Shown: positions 9,115-17,207, numbered from the stretch's first letter. The stretch is 34,327 nt of DNA from an uncultured Candidatus Saccharibacteria bacterium (GCA_964441635.1 CAYTUZ010000001.1:1-34327), one strand, 5' to 3'. Program-made: numbers and translations. The notes: generated from the letters alone by a model not told the origin.

Positions 9115-9241
9115 AGTATTCCTTTCTGCTTGGGGCAGAAGGATACCAGAGCTTTTATTACAGTATATTTTTTGTATTCTTCTGCTCCGGGTTTAAGGGA
9201 GCTCTGGAGTTATACTAACACATTATATAAAGCTTGTCTAG

Positions 9242-9623
9242 CTCCGGAGACAGGATTCGAACCTGTGACCAATCGCTTACGTTTGCTCCATTATTACTAA
9301 TGGTACGGACTATATCATTCCCGTACTGTTTTGCTTCCGCTTTTCGGCGAATGCTAAACAGGTTAGGGAAGAGGCGCTTCCGCAAAACTTGTAAGTCTTG
9401 AGTACTCCCATAGGGATAGTCTCTACACCTTCAGAGAACTGGATTTAAATTCAATTCAATACAAATAAAATTCAAATTCAGTTCTCCGCTTGGCTCGGTA
9501 TTGCCCTCTGGCTTTTTAAACCCAAGGGTTTCACCGAATTCACCTCTTTTACAACCAGATTTTCACCTGGAAGCTGCTGTATTACGTTCACAGGCGACTG
9601 CTCTACCGCTGAGCTACTCCGGA
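9242..9623 (-). tRNA. tRNA-Asn(GUU) interrupted by a 310-nt intron in the anticodon loop. Exons are 9623-9590 and 9279-9242. CCA is not encoded.
   Basis: The joined exons give a 72-nt cloverleaf. Acceptor is UCCGGAG/CUCCGGA. D arm is GCUC-AGCGGUA-GAGC. Anticodon arm is GUCGC-CUGUUAA-GCGAU. T arm is ACAGG-UUCGAAU-CCUGU. Discriminator is G. Confidence 0.85.
9280..9589 (-). ncRNA. group I intron, IC3-like, without ORF
   Basis: It follows an exon U and ends in G. It contains AAUUCGGUGAAACC, CCGAGCCAAGC, GAAGGUGUAGAGACUA and GAUAUAGUCC core blocks. A GNRA-capped hairpin (CCAUUA-GUAA-UAAUGG) lies near the 3' end. Confidence 0.8.
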
Positions 9624-9669
9624 ATATTTACCTTTCAAAGTTCTGTTCGAATAATGTATCATAAAGTCC

Positions 9670-9885
9670 ATGTATATCAAAGCCCACGTTTTTCCGGATT
9701 CCAAGAATGAAAGTGCCAAAAGAGAAGGTGATAGCTTGCTCGTCATTCATGTCAAAGAGCCCGCCGAAGCCAATCGCGCCAATAAAAGAGTACTGGAAAT
9801 TGTGAGAGGCATGTTTCCGGGCAAGACCGTTCGACTAGTAAGCGGTCACCAAAGTCCGCACAAGATCGTATCTATAGGTGAGTAA
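9670..9885 (+). CDS. DUF167 (YggU-like) family protein
   Basis: 71 aa. The pattern V.EP.E.NRANK..LE.....F......LVSGH.SP.K matches what I recall of DUF167. Confidence 0.55.
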   Translation: MYIKAHVFPDSKNESAKREGDSLLVIHVKEPAEANRANKRVLEIVRGMFPGKTVRLVSGHQSPHKIVSIGE

Positions 9886-9951
9886 CGAGCTTTCGCATCT
9901 CGTGAAGAGCGAGTATAATTACTAGACAGTACCTATAATATTCGAAATACA

Positions 9952-10320
9952 ATGAACATAAATATCAAAACCACCAACATCACGCTTTCGGCGCCGATCT
10001 CCGACTATGTGAACAAGCGTTTGCGCAAGATCGGCAAATTGCTCGACAGTGACCCTTCCATTATTTGTGATCTTGAATTGGCAAAAACCACCGAACATCA
10101 TCAGAAGGGACCTATCTTCAAAGCAGAAATTCATATTGTCGGTTCTAACAAAAATGTCTACGCCACCGCGGAAAGAGAAGATTTGTATACTGCGGTCGAT
10201 GCGGTCCGCGATGAAGTCTTGCGAGAATTGCGAACCAAGAAAGCCAAGAATATTTCTTTTGTGCGTCGTGGCGGCGCGAGGGTAAAAGCCATGGTCAAGG
10301 GTTTGTGGCCGTTTCACTAG
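9952..10320 (+). CDS. hpf: ribosome hibernation promoting factor / RaiA family (short form)
   Basis: MNINIKTTNITLSAPISDYVNKRLRKIGKLL is a typical S30AE N-terminus. 122 aa. Confidence 0.85.
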   Translation: MNINIKTTNITLSAPISDYVNKRLRKIGKLLDSDPSIICDLELAKTTEHHQKGPIFKAEIHIVGSNKNVYATAEREDLYTAVDAVRDEVLRELRTKKAKNISFVRRGGARVKAMVKGLWPFH

Positions 10321-10327
10321 AATTTAG

Positions 10328-10343
10328 TCCGCCAGCTGGCGGA
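10328..10343 (+). terminator. GC-rich perfect palindrome after hpf
   Basis: TCCGCCAGCTGGCGGA lies 8 nt after the stop. There is no clear T-run. Confidence 0.45.
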
Positions 10344-10364
10344 TATAATATAGAATTTAGAATC

Positions 10365-10544
10365 ATGCAAAAAACTTATTTCTTCAGTCTTAGAGAACTT
10401 AAGCAGCCGGTCAATCAGTGGATCTGCATAGCTTTTTTGGGTGTCTGGGTTTTTTGGTTCATGCTTTATTATGTCGTGGGCCAGACACAGGCGCTCGGCG
10501 ACAATTATGTTTCCGTCAGAACTTCAACAGCTCATTTGAAATAA
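10365..10544 (+). CDS. hypothetical small membrane protein (59 aa)
   Basis: ATG-initiated ORF with one hydrophobic helix (WICIAFLGVWVFWFMLYYVV). No homology recognised. Confidence 0.3.
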   Translation: MQKTYFFSLRELKQPVNQWICIAFLGVWVFWFMLYYVVGQTQALGDNYVSVRTSTAHLK

Positions 10545-10553
10545 TTTTTGCAA

Positions 10554-11411
10554 CTAATAGCCTTTCAAGAAATCCGCATAAGGCATTTCTTTGCTGCCTT
10601 CGGGGATTACATGTTCAATTATTAGTTTATCTTTTTCCCATGTCGCGGCGGTTATTTTTACGCGAATCATTCTGCCGCCATGCTCGTGCAAAAAATATGC
10701 TTGTGGCCATTCATGGAAAGCTTGAATTTTGCGGAAGTTCAAATAGGGATTACCAACAAGGTCCAAGAGACCGTCTTCTTTGCTAATTTTCTTGGTGAAA
10801 CTTGCTTCGTCATGATTTTGCGCTTCTTCTTGAATTTTTCCATGAATCCAATCGGGCATTATTCTCGCTAGTAACTCTGCGCCTTTCTTTGCCATCAATT
10901 CTTCAAATTCCTCATAAGTCGGCCATTCACTCACGGTGACTTTTTCTTGGGCGACGATAGGGCCGTGATCCATTTCTTTGTCTATGCTAATAATCGTTAT
11001 GCCGGTATTCTTGTTATCGTCTAGCATGGCGTATTGGAGTGGTGATGCGCCGCGATACTTGGGCAAAAGCGAAGGATGAATATTCAAAGTTTTGTGCAAA
11101 GGCAAAGCAATTACTGCTTCGGGAATGATTTTGCCATAGGAAGCGACGACGAATAATTCGATTTTATTGTCATTAATTACCGCTTTTAATTTTTCACTGA
11201 AACTCTTGTCGAGTTTCTGGGGATCGAAAACCGTGATATTTCTTTTTAATGCCCATTCTTTGACTGGCGTTCCAGTCAATATCAACTTGCGGCCTTTGGG
11301 TTTATCGGGCGTGGTTATGATCAATGTAGGAATAAGGCCGGCTTGTGCCAATTCGTCGAGCACGATCGTGGAAAAACGGGAACTGCCGAAGAAAGCGAAG
11401 TTAATATTCAT
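10554..11411 (-). CDS. fmt: methionyl-tRNA formyltransferase
   Basis: Family-typical N-terminus FFGSSRFS. HPSLLPKYRGASPLQ motif. Located downstream of def. Confidence 0.9.
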   Translation of the reverse strand: MNINFAFFGSSRFSTIVLDELAQAGLIPTLIITTPDKPKGRKLILTGTPVKEWALKRNITVFDPQKLDKSFSEKLKAVINDNKIELFVVASYGKIIPEAVIALPLHKTLNIHPSLLPKYRGASPLQYAMLDDNKNTGITIISIDKEMDHGPIVAQEKVTVSEWPTYEEFEELMAKKGAELLARIMPDWIHGKIQEEAQNHDEASFTKKISKEDGLLDLVGNPYLNFRKIQAFHEWPQAYFLHEHGGRMIRVKITAATWEKDKLIIEHVIPEGSKEMPYADFLKGY

Positions 11412-11426
11412 GTTTAAAATATAGTT

Positions 11427-11960
11427 TTAATTTTTACTCTGTAATTCTGCGATTTCGTCATCGGACATTTCCCAGAGCTCATCCGCTTTGTCGGTAAAGA
11501 TGACGCCATCGAGGTGGTCGCATTCATGCTGGAAGATCTGCGCCAAGAGGCCGGAAGCGCCCCGCTCGATGCTCTCACCTTTTTCATTGTGCGCAACTAG
11601 CGTAACCTTTTTCGAACGTTTGACTTTGCCATAGAGCCAGCGCACTGACAAACAGCCTTCCTCGACGTCTTCTTTGTCTCTGGAATGGCGGGTAATTTTG
11701 GGATTGATAAAGACCAAATCCTTGCTATCGCCTTTGTAGGTTTTGTCGGCTTTTTGGAGGAGCACGCCTGAAATGGCGAAGATCTGCCACGATTCACCGA
11801 TTTGCGGCGCGGCGATCGCAACGCCGTCTTTTTGGGAGTGCATAGCTGCGGTCATTTTTGCGATGACTTCTTTGATCTTTACCGAAGTGATTTCGTGGAT
11901 CGGCACAGGCTTGGCATGCTTCCTCAAGATGGGATTGTCGCGTTGTACGATTTCAGTCAT
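11427..11960 (-). CDS. def: peptide deformylase
   Basis: Carries the GVAIAAPQIG, EGCLSV and QHECDHLDG motifs. Start set at the internal ATG (MTEIVQRDNPILR) rather than the long ORF, which overlaps priA. Confidence 0.9.
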   Translation of the reverse strand: MTEIVQRDNPILRKHAKPVPIHEITSVKIKEVIAKMTAAMHSQKDGVAIAAPQIGESWQIFAISGVLLQKADKTYKGDSKDLVFINPKITRHSRDKEDVEEGCLSVRWLYGKVKRSKKVTLVAHNEKGESIERGASGLLAQIFQHECDHLDGVIFTDKADELWEMSDDEIAELQSKN

Positions 11961-11995
11961 ACCCAAACCATAACAGTTTTTGGCGAGCTTGACAA

Positions 11996-13972
11996 TTAGA
12001 GCAAACTCTCCGGATCGACTCGGACGGCGATCGCTGGCGACAAAGATTTTAGCTTGGCGATGAGTTCGCTGTTCGGCCAATTGGGCGCTTCCACGCGAAT
12101 GAGGCCGTGAATGGCGGAATTGCCGCGCGGTGTGGCTGTAAAAGCCGGAAAGATGTCGATCTGGAAAGGCTCGACCAGCTTGGTAATTGCAGCCATGCTT
12201 TCGGCGATTGCATCCTTCTTGCCTTCGATAGAGATTTTTATCAAATTCGAAAACGGCGGATATCCAAATTGTTTGCGCTCGGACAGAGTCTCGCGATAAA
12301 AGTCGCTCAAGTTGCCCTTGAGGCCAAACTCGAAGACTTTTTCCTGCGATTGGCGAGTTTGGACGAGAAGTGATTTGGTAGAAAGCGTGCGTAGTCGGAC
12401 AATAGTGTACATGATTTTTTCTGGAATTCGGAAATCTGGCAGAGCGAGAAGTGAATCCAAAGAAACGATTGCGGAATGATCGACTTTTTCTCGGAGGTGT
12501 GTGAAAGCGAGGTCAGTGCCGAGCAAGATACTGCCGGGCTTGGCTTTGAATTGTTCCAATGTTTCCTCGACTTGTTTTGGTGTCGGTGTAATATCAGAAT
12601 CGATTTTGTAGAGATCGATATCGTGGAACATCGTGCGTATTTCTTCTTGGACTCGGTCAATGCCGATGCCGAGCGGAGTCAAGCGCCAACCGGTGCAATT
12701 CTTGCAAGTTTCGTTCGCGCTTCGGCGTTCACCGCAGATATGGCACATAAAGAAATTCTTGCCGCTTGCTTCCGAAGTGTGGAGTACCACTGGCCGGGCG
12801 CATTTTTCGCAAACCACCACAGTCTCGCAGTCGTCGCAAACCGTCATACCAGCTGATCCTCGACGTACGGTGTAGAGGAAGAGGTGGGTGCTTTCCTCAT
12901 GATTTCGACGAATCAACTCTTCCAATTCTGGCGAAATTATTCGAAAACGGTTCTTTTCGGTAGTTGGTGGTGTTCTGGTCGGTTCTTGTTGATCCAAAAG
13001 AACCTCTGGCTTTTTCTCGGGACGTAAACTTGTTTTTCGCGTCATATTTACCAAGAGATCTGTCGCCGATGAAATCGAACGCCATTTAAAAGGCGAACCT
13101 TGATTGATTTCATGATTATCCAAGCGCTGTAAAGTTTCTGTACGCAACAAGCTGTCAGCTCGATAGAGTACTTGGCCGCTCGCGTGGGCGATGGTTTCGA
13201 GCGCATGGCGGAGGTCGAGATAGGGCGATTTTTGTGAGATCCAACCGCGGCCATTTTCGCGCTCGATAATCACAGTGTCCACGTCAGAGCGCGGCAATAG
13301 TGAAAAAGTTGCTGTAGCTACGACGACCACCGGATGTGTGCATTTTGCGATTTTTTTCCAGATCTCCAGCATTTTCTTTTTGGGTATGGAGCTGTGTAAG
13401 ATAAAAATATATTCTTCGATTCCTTTCTCTAGCATAGCGGTTATGTTTTCGGCGTCTTCGATCGTCGGCACATAGATCGCCAATGATTTTTTGCGCGCGA
13501 ATTCTTGGCGGATCAAGCTGCGCCAAGAGCTCATGCGGTCTTCGTCGTCGCCTTGGACCGCAAGGGTCGGCGATTCCAGATTTAGCCGCCGGCTGATAGC
13601 CAAGCCTTGCGGTGTCTCTGGTGTTTCGATTTTGCTCACATTTTGGAGGAGGGTGTCTGCCACCAGCGCGTCTATAACCGCGCCCACGTTGCTCGCGTAA
13701 TGGTGCGCGAGTTTCTTCGCGGCTTCGATAAAAGGCGCAGGGAAGAAAGAGGTCGCTTTGACTCGCGCGAGGCGGCGTATCTCATAGGGCGCTCTTTTTA
13801 TTTCGATCTTGAGGTCTTCGGCGATCCGGGTTTCTGCCACTATGGCATGCACAGTTTTTGACCTGATTGGCACAGAGACTATGGCGCCTACCGGCACATC
13901 GGATGCCGTGAAGTATGATAGGGTTTCCGCCAGTTTGGCCCGAGTGAGGGGAATGACGGTAATGATGTTCAT
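11996..13972 (-). CDS. priA: primosomal protein N' (PriA) homologue with degenerate helicase motifs
   Basis: PriA-like N-terminus. Four CxxC pairs (CDDC, CEKC, CHIC, CKNC) form the zinc module. The Walker A and DEEH positions read GDDEDRMSS and IERENG. Confidence 0.75.
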   Translation of the reverse strand: MNIITVIPLTRAKLAETLSYFTASDVPVGAIVSVPIRSKTVHAIVAETRIAEDLKIEIKRAPYEIRRLARVKATSFFPAPFIEAAKKLAHHYASNVGAVIDALVADTLLQNVSKIETPETPQGLAISRRLNLESPTLAVQGDDEDRMSSWRSLIRQEFARKKSLAIYVPTIEDAENITAMLEKGIEEYIFILHSSIPKKKMLEIWKKIAKCTHPVVVVATATFSLLPRSDVDTVIIERENGRGWISQKSPYLDLRHALETIAHASGQVLYRADSLLRTETLQRLDNHEINQGSPFKWRSISSATDLLVNMTRKTSLRPEKKPEVLLDQQEPTRTPPTTEKNRFRIISPELEELIRRNHEESTHLFLYTVRRGSAGMTVCDDCETVVVCEKCARPVVLHTSEASGKNFFMCHICGERRSANETCKNCTGWRLTPLGIGIDRVQEEIRTMFHDIDLYKIDSDITPTPKQVEETLEQFKAKPGSILLGTDLAFTHLREKVDHSAIVSLDSLLALPDFRIPEKIMYTIVRLRTLSTKSLLVQTRQSQEKVFEFGLKGNLSDFYRETLSERKQFGYPPFSNLIKISIEGKKDAIAESMAAITKLVEPFQIDIFPAFTATPRGNSAIHGLIRVEAPNWPNSELIAKLKSLSPAIAVRVDPESLL

Positions 13973-14033
13973 GCACTATTTATACACTATTTGATGGCTT
14001 CATCAAATGATAGAAAATGCGGAACCTGTTTCT

Positions 14034-15356
14034 TTAATCACTAAAAACTTCGATTTTGGCGCCGAGTTTATTTAGCCTCGCCGCCAGATCTTCATAGCCA
14101 CGGTTGATATTGTAAACATTGCGTAAGATCGAAGTCCCCGTCGCGGCCAGCATGCCGAGGAGGATGATGACCGACGGGCGCAAAGCTGGCGGGCAGATGA
14201 TTTCGGCAGCCTTGAAATGAGTTGGACCTTTGACATAAAAACGAAAAGGATCGGCCAGAATGGTTTCGGCGCCGAGCTTGTCCAACTCTTTGTAATAAAT
14301 TGCGCGTTCCTCGTAGCTCCAGTCGTGGATGTATGTCTGGCCTGTCGCAACCGCGCCGATCAGCGCGAAGAAAGGCAAATTGTCCATGTTTATTCCCGGA
14401 AAAGGCATGGCGTGGATTTTTTCTTCGAGTGCTACTAGCTTTGACGGAAAAGTTTTGATGTCAACAAGGTTCGTATAGCCATTCAAAGCTTTGTAGCTTT
14501 TCAAAATCTCATATTTGAAACCCATCTTTTCTAGTTTCAAAAGTTCCAATTCTAGGAAATCGATCGGACAGCGATCTATCGTAACTGAAGAATTGGTGAC
14601 GATTGCCGCGGCGATGAGTGACATGGCTTCGATCGGGTCTTCGCTCAAAAAATATTCCACATCCTTATCAATTTCTTTTTTACCATGAATGGTAAGCGTG
14701 GACTGTCCGATGCCTTCTATCTTGACACCGAGTTTTTCCAAGTAGAAGCAAACATCCTGCACCTGATAATTGGCTGAAGCAAACTTCACCACCGTTGTGC
14801 CCGGAATTCTGGCTGCGGCCATGATCACGGTTTCGGTTACGGTATCGCCAGCTTCATAAAGAACTATATTTTTCGCTTTCAGTCCAGAATGTTTGATTTC
14901 ATAAAAATCCGATTCGGTTTTGATAGTGACACCGAGCTTTTCGAGAGCATAAAAATACGGCTTCACCGTGCGCGAACCGAGTCGGCAACCGCCAGCTTGG
15001 GGGATTTTGAAGTCTTTATATTCGTGAATGATTGCGCCGATGAGCATTATTGCACTAAGAGTTTTTGCATCGGAATCATAGTCGATTTTTTCTATGGCGA
15101 GTTTTTTGGGCGGCGTAATAACGAGATCATTGCCTTGCCAGTTGATCCCGACGCCAATGCTTTCCAGTGCCTCGCTGATCCGGTAAACCTCCTCGATTTT
15201 CGGCGCATTCTTGATCGTGGTTTTGCCTTTGTTGAGTAGTGATGCACACATTACGCCGACCGCGCCATTTTTCGAGGTGCGCACGGTGATTTCGCCGGAA
15301 AGCTTGTGGCCACCTTCAATGCGAAAATTTATAGCAGTCGGTTTTTTGGGTTGCAT
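14034..15356 (-). CDS. murA: UDP-N-acetylglucosamine 1-carboxyvinyltransferase
   Basis: FRIEGGHKLSGEITV N-terminus. Active-site loop GGCRLGSRTV. Start set at the ATG at 15356 (441 aa), because the longer ORF runs antisense into mreB. Confidence 0.9.
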   Translation of the reverse strand: MQPKKPTAINFRIEGGHKLSGEITVRTSKNGAVGVMCASLLNKGKTTIKNAPKIEEVYRISEALESIGVGINWQGNDLVITPPKKLAIEKIDYDSDAKTLSAIMLIGAIIHEYKDFKIPQAGGCRLGSRTVKPYFYALEKLGVTIKTESDFYEIKHSGLKAKNIVLYEAGDTVTETVIMAAARIPGTTVVKFASANYQVQDVCFYLEKLGVKIEGIGQSTLTIHGKKEIDKDVEYFLSEDPIEAMSLIAAAIVTNSSVTIDRCPIDFLELELLKLEKMGFKYEILKSYKALNGYTNLVDIKTFPSKLVALEEKIHAMPFPGINMDNLPFFALIGAVATGQTYIHDWSYEERAIYYKELDKLGAETILADPFRFYVKGPTHFKAAEIICPPALRPSVIILLGMLAATGTSILRNVYNINRGYEDLAARLNKLGAKIEVFSD

Positions 15357-15405
15357 GGGATATTTATAGCATGAATAATAATGGTGTGCTATATTCGCAC
15401 TACTT

Positions 15406-16419
15406 ATGAGCATCTTTTTTCCCAAACTTGGCATCGATCTTGGCACTGCCAACACTTTGGTATTCGTACCCGGCAAAGGCATAGTCTTGAATGAACCGTC
15501 GGTAGTTGCCATTTCCGAAGTTGACCGCAAAGTCATGGCCGTAGGCGTCGACGCCAAAGAAATGGTCGGCCGCACGCCAGATACCATCATTGCTTATCGG
15601 CCGATGAAGGACGGTGTCATTGCTGATTATCGCATCACCGAAGCCATGTTGCGTTATTTCATCGACAAAGCACTTGGCCGGTTCAACCTCTTCAAGCCTG
15701 ATGTCATGGTTTCTGTCCCTGCGGGCATTACTTCGACCGAACGTCGCGCGGTGATCGAAGCCGCGCTCAGAGCTGGCGCGCGCAATGCTTATGTTGTCAA
15801 AGAGCCAATCTTGGCCGCTATCGGCGCCGGCATTCCCATTCATGAAGCTCGTGGACACATGGTCGCCGATATAGGTGGTGGCACGACCGACGTCGCGGTT
15901 ATTTCCTTGGGCGGTATCGTCGCTTCGACTTCGGTCAAGTGCGCTGGCAACAAAATCGATGCCGCCATTGCTGACTACATCAAAAAAACTTTCAATCTCG
16001 GCATTGGCGATCATATGGCCGAGAATATCAAGATCGCCATCGGCTCGGCTATTCCGCTCGAACAGGAACTGGCCATGAATGTCAAAGGCCGCGATTTTAT
16101 TACCGGCTTGCCGCGCTCGACCGAAGTCAAAACCAATGAAATCGTCAAGGCGTTGGCCGGGCCGCTTCGCGACATGGTAAAAGCGATGCGTGATGTCTTA
16201 CAAGAGACACCACCGGAATTGGCCGCGGATATTATCGACCAAGGCATTACTTTGACCGGCGGCTCTTCTTTGCTTCGCAATCTTGCTGAACTTGTATATC
16301 GTCGCACTGGCGTCAAGGCGCAAGTTGCCGAAGAACCATTACTTTGCGTGGCGAAGGGAACAGGCATTGCATTGGAGCACCTCGATACATATAAGAAGAC
16401 GATTATTTCGAAGAGGTAA
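15406..16419 (+). CDS. mreB: rod shape-determining protein MreB (paralogue 1)
   Basis: Actin-fold motifs GIDLGTANT, DIGGGTTDVAV and LTGGSSLLRNL. Confidence 0.9.
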   Translation: MSIFFPKLGIDLGTANTLVFVPGKGIVLNEPSVVAISEVDRKVMAVGVDAKEMVGRTPDTIIAYRPMKDGVIADYRITEAMLRYFIDKALGRFNLFKPDVMVSVPAGITSTERRAVIEAALRAGARNAYVVKEPILAAIGAGIPIHEARGHMVADIGGGTTDVAVISLGGIVASTSVKCAGNKIDAAIADYIKKTFNLGIGDHMAENIKIAIGSAIPLEQELAMNVKGRDFITGLPRSTEVKTNEIVKALAGPLRDMVKAMRDVLQETPPELAADIIDQGITLTGGSSLLRNLAELVYRRTGVKAQVAEEPLLCVAKGTGIALEHLDTYKKTIISKR

Positions 16420-16425
16420 TTTTAT

Positions 16426-16549
16426 GAATTTTCAATTTACAATTTTCAATTTACAATCAATTTTTAATTTTCAAGAAATAGAAAGCTTCTCTTTTATTAT
16501 TGAAAATTGAAAATTCAATGAAAATTGAAAATTATAAATTGAAAATTTC
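16426..16549. repeat. AT-rich imperfect inverted repeat of about 50 nt per arm, built from AATTTTCAATTT words
   Basis: The left arm GAATTTTCAATTTACAATTTTCAATTTACAATCAATTTTTAATTTTCAAG is close to the reverse complement of 16500-16549. Confidence 0.8.
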
Positions 16550-17207
16550 AGTCGATTTGTCCCACCACGCGTACCTTTTGGTTGGCGGAGATTCGCTCGC
16601 AAATGAAATCATCTCCGAATTGGAAAGTCGGCATAAAATTCCTGCCAAAGCTAACCCGGACTTTTTTAACCGGAAATATGACACATTTACGATCGACAAT
16701 GCGCGCGAGATCAAATCTTTCCACGAAACTCGGCCAATAAGCGAATCTGGCAAAAAGATTTTCATCTTGACTATGAATGGCATAACGGTCGAAGCTCAGA
16801 ATGCTCTGCTCAAACTTCTGGAGGAACCGAGTGAATACGCCCATTTCTTTCTGATAATTCCTTCGGCACATTTACTTTTACCAACGGTCAAGTCGAGGAT
16901 GCAAATGGTTGGCGACAATCAAACGGCAGAAAAGAGTGATCTTAGCGAAGCAAAAAAGTTCTTGAAATTATCGCCTGCGAAAAAGCTAGAAGCGGTCAAA
17001 TCGCTGGTTGACGATATTTCCAAGGAAAAGAAAACCAAACAAGATGCGATTGAATTTCTCAATTCCATTGAACAAGCGGTCTATGAAGAAAAAGGCGTCA
17101 AAAGTAGCCGAAAAATACTTGAGGCAATGCAACTCGCTAGGAGATATATAAATGACCGAGCTCCTTCAGTGAAGATGTTGCTTGAATATATGGCGCTTAA
17201 TATATAA
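16518..17207 (+). CDS. holB: DNA polymerase III delta-prime-like clamp-loader subunit
   Basis: HAYLLVGG and NALLKLLEEPSEYAHFFLI motifs. The start is uncertain because the N-terminus lies in the repeat. Confidence 0.7.
   Translation: MKIENYKLKISVDLSHHAYLLVGGDSLANEIISELESRHKIPAKANPDFFNRKYDTFTIDNAREIKSFHETRPISESGKKIFILTMNGITVEAQNALLKLLEEPSEYAHFFLIIPSAHLLLPTVKSRMQMVGDNQTAEKSDLSEAKKFLKLSPAKKLEAVKSLVDDISKEKKTKQDAIEFLNSIEQAVYEEKGVKSSRKILEAMQLARRYINDRAPSVKMLLEYMALNI

Noticed and set aside
8830-9300. A 156-aa plus-strand ORF, and a second ORF at 9501-9710, spanning the tRNA-Asn exons and intron.
   Set aside because: They overlap a well-supported tRNA/group I intron and the antisense of the 100-aa gene, and they have no coding features.
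9584-9596. Reading the tRNA anticodon loop as CUGUGAA (tRNA-His, GUG) with the insert placed after the loop.
   Set aside because: The insert would then end in A rather than G. There is no encoded G-1. The U1-A72/G73 identity set fits Asn. Only the CUGU|UAA split satisfies the group I splice-site rules.
11961-12080. N-terminal extension of the def ORF. The analogous proS extension is at 19284-19475.
   Set aside because: The def extension overlaps the priA 3' end. The proS extension runs through the AT-rich spacer. In both cases the conserved N-termini begin at the internal ATGs (11960 and 19476).
15357-15590. A 78-codon N-terminal extension of the murA ORF (track start at 15590).
   Set aside because: It runs antisense through the mreB start region. 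Its sequence is not MurA-like. The internal ATG at 15356 gives the canonical N-terminus and has a -10 hexamer 6 nt upstream.
16426-16549. A possible CRISPR array. The same question was asked of the heptamer array at 25168-25196.
   Set aside because: The repeat units are only 7-14 nt with no unique spacers of CRISPR size. The arrays are inverted or tandem low-complexity words, and no cas genes are present.
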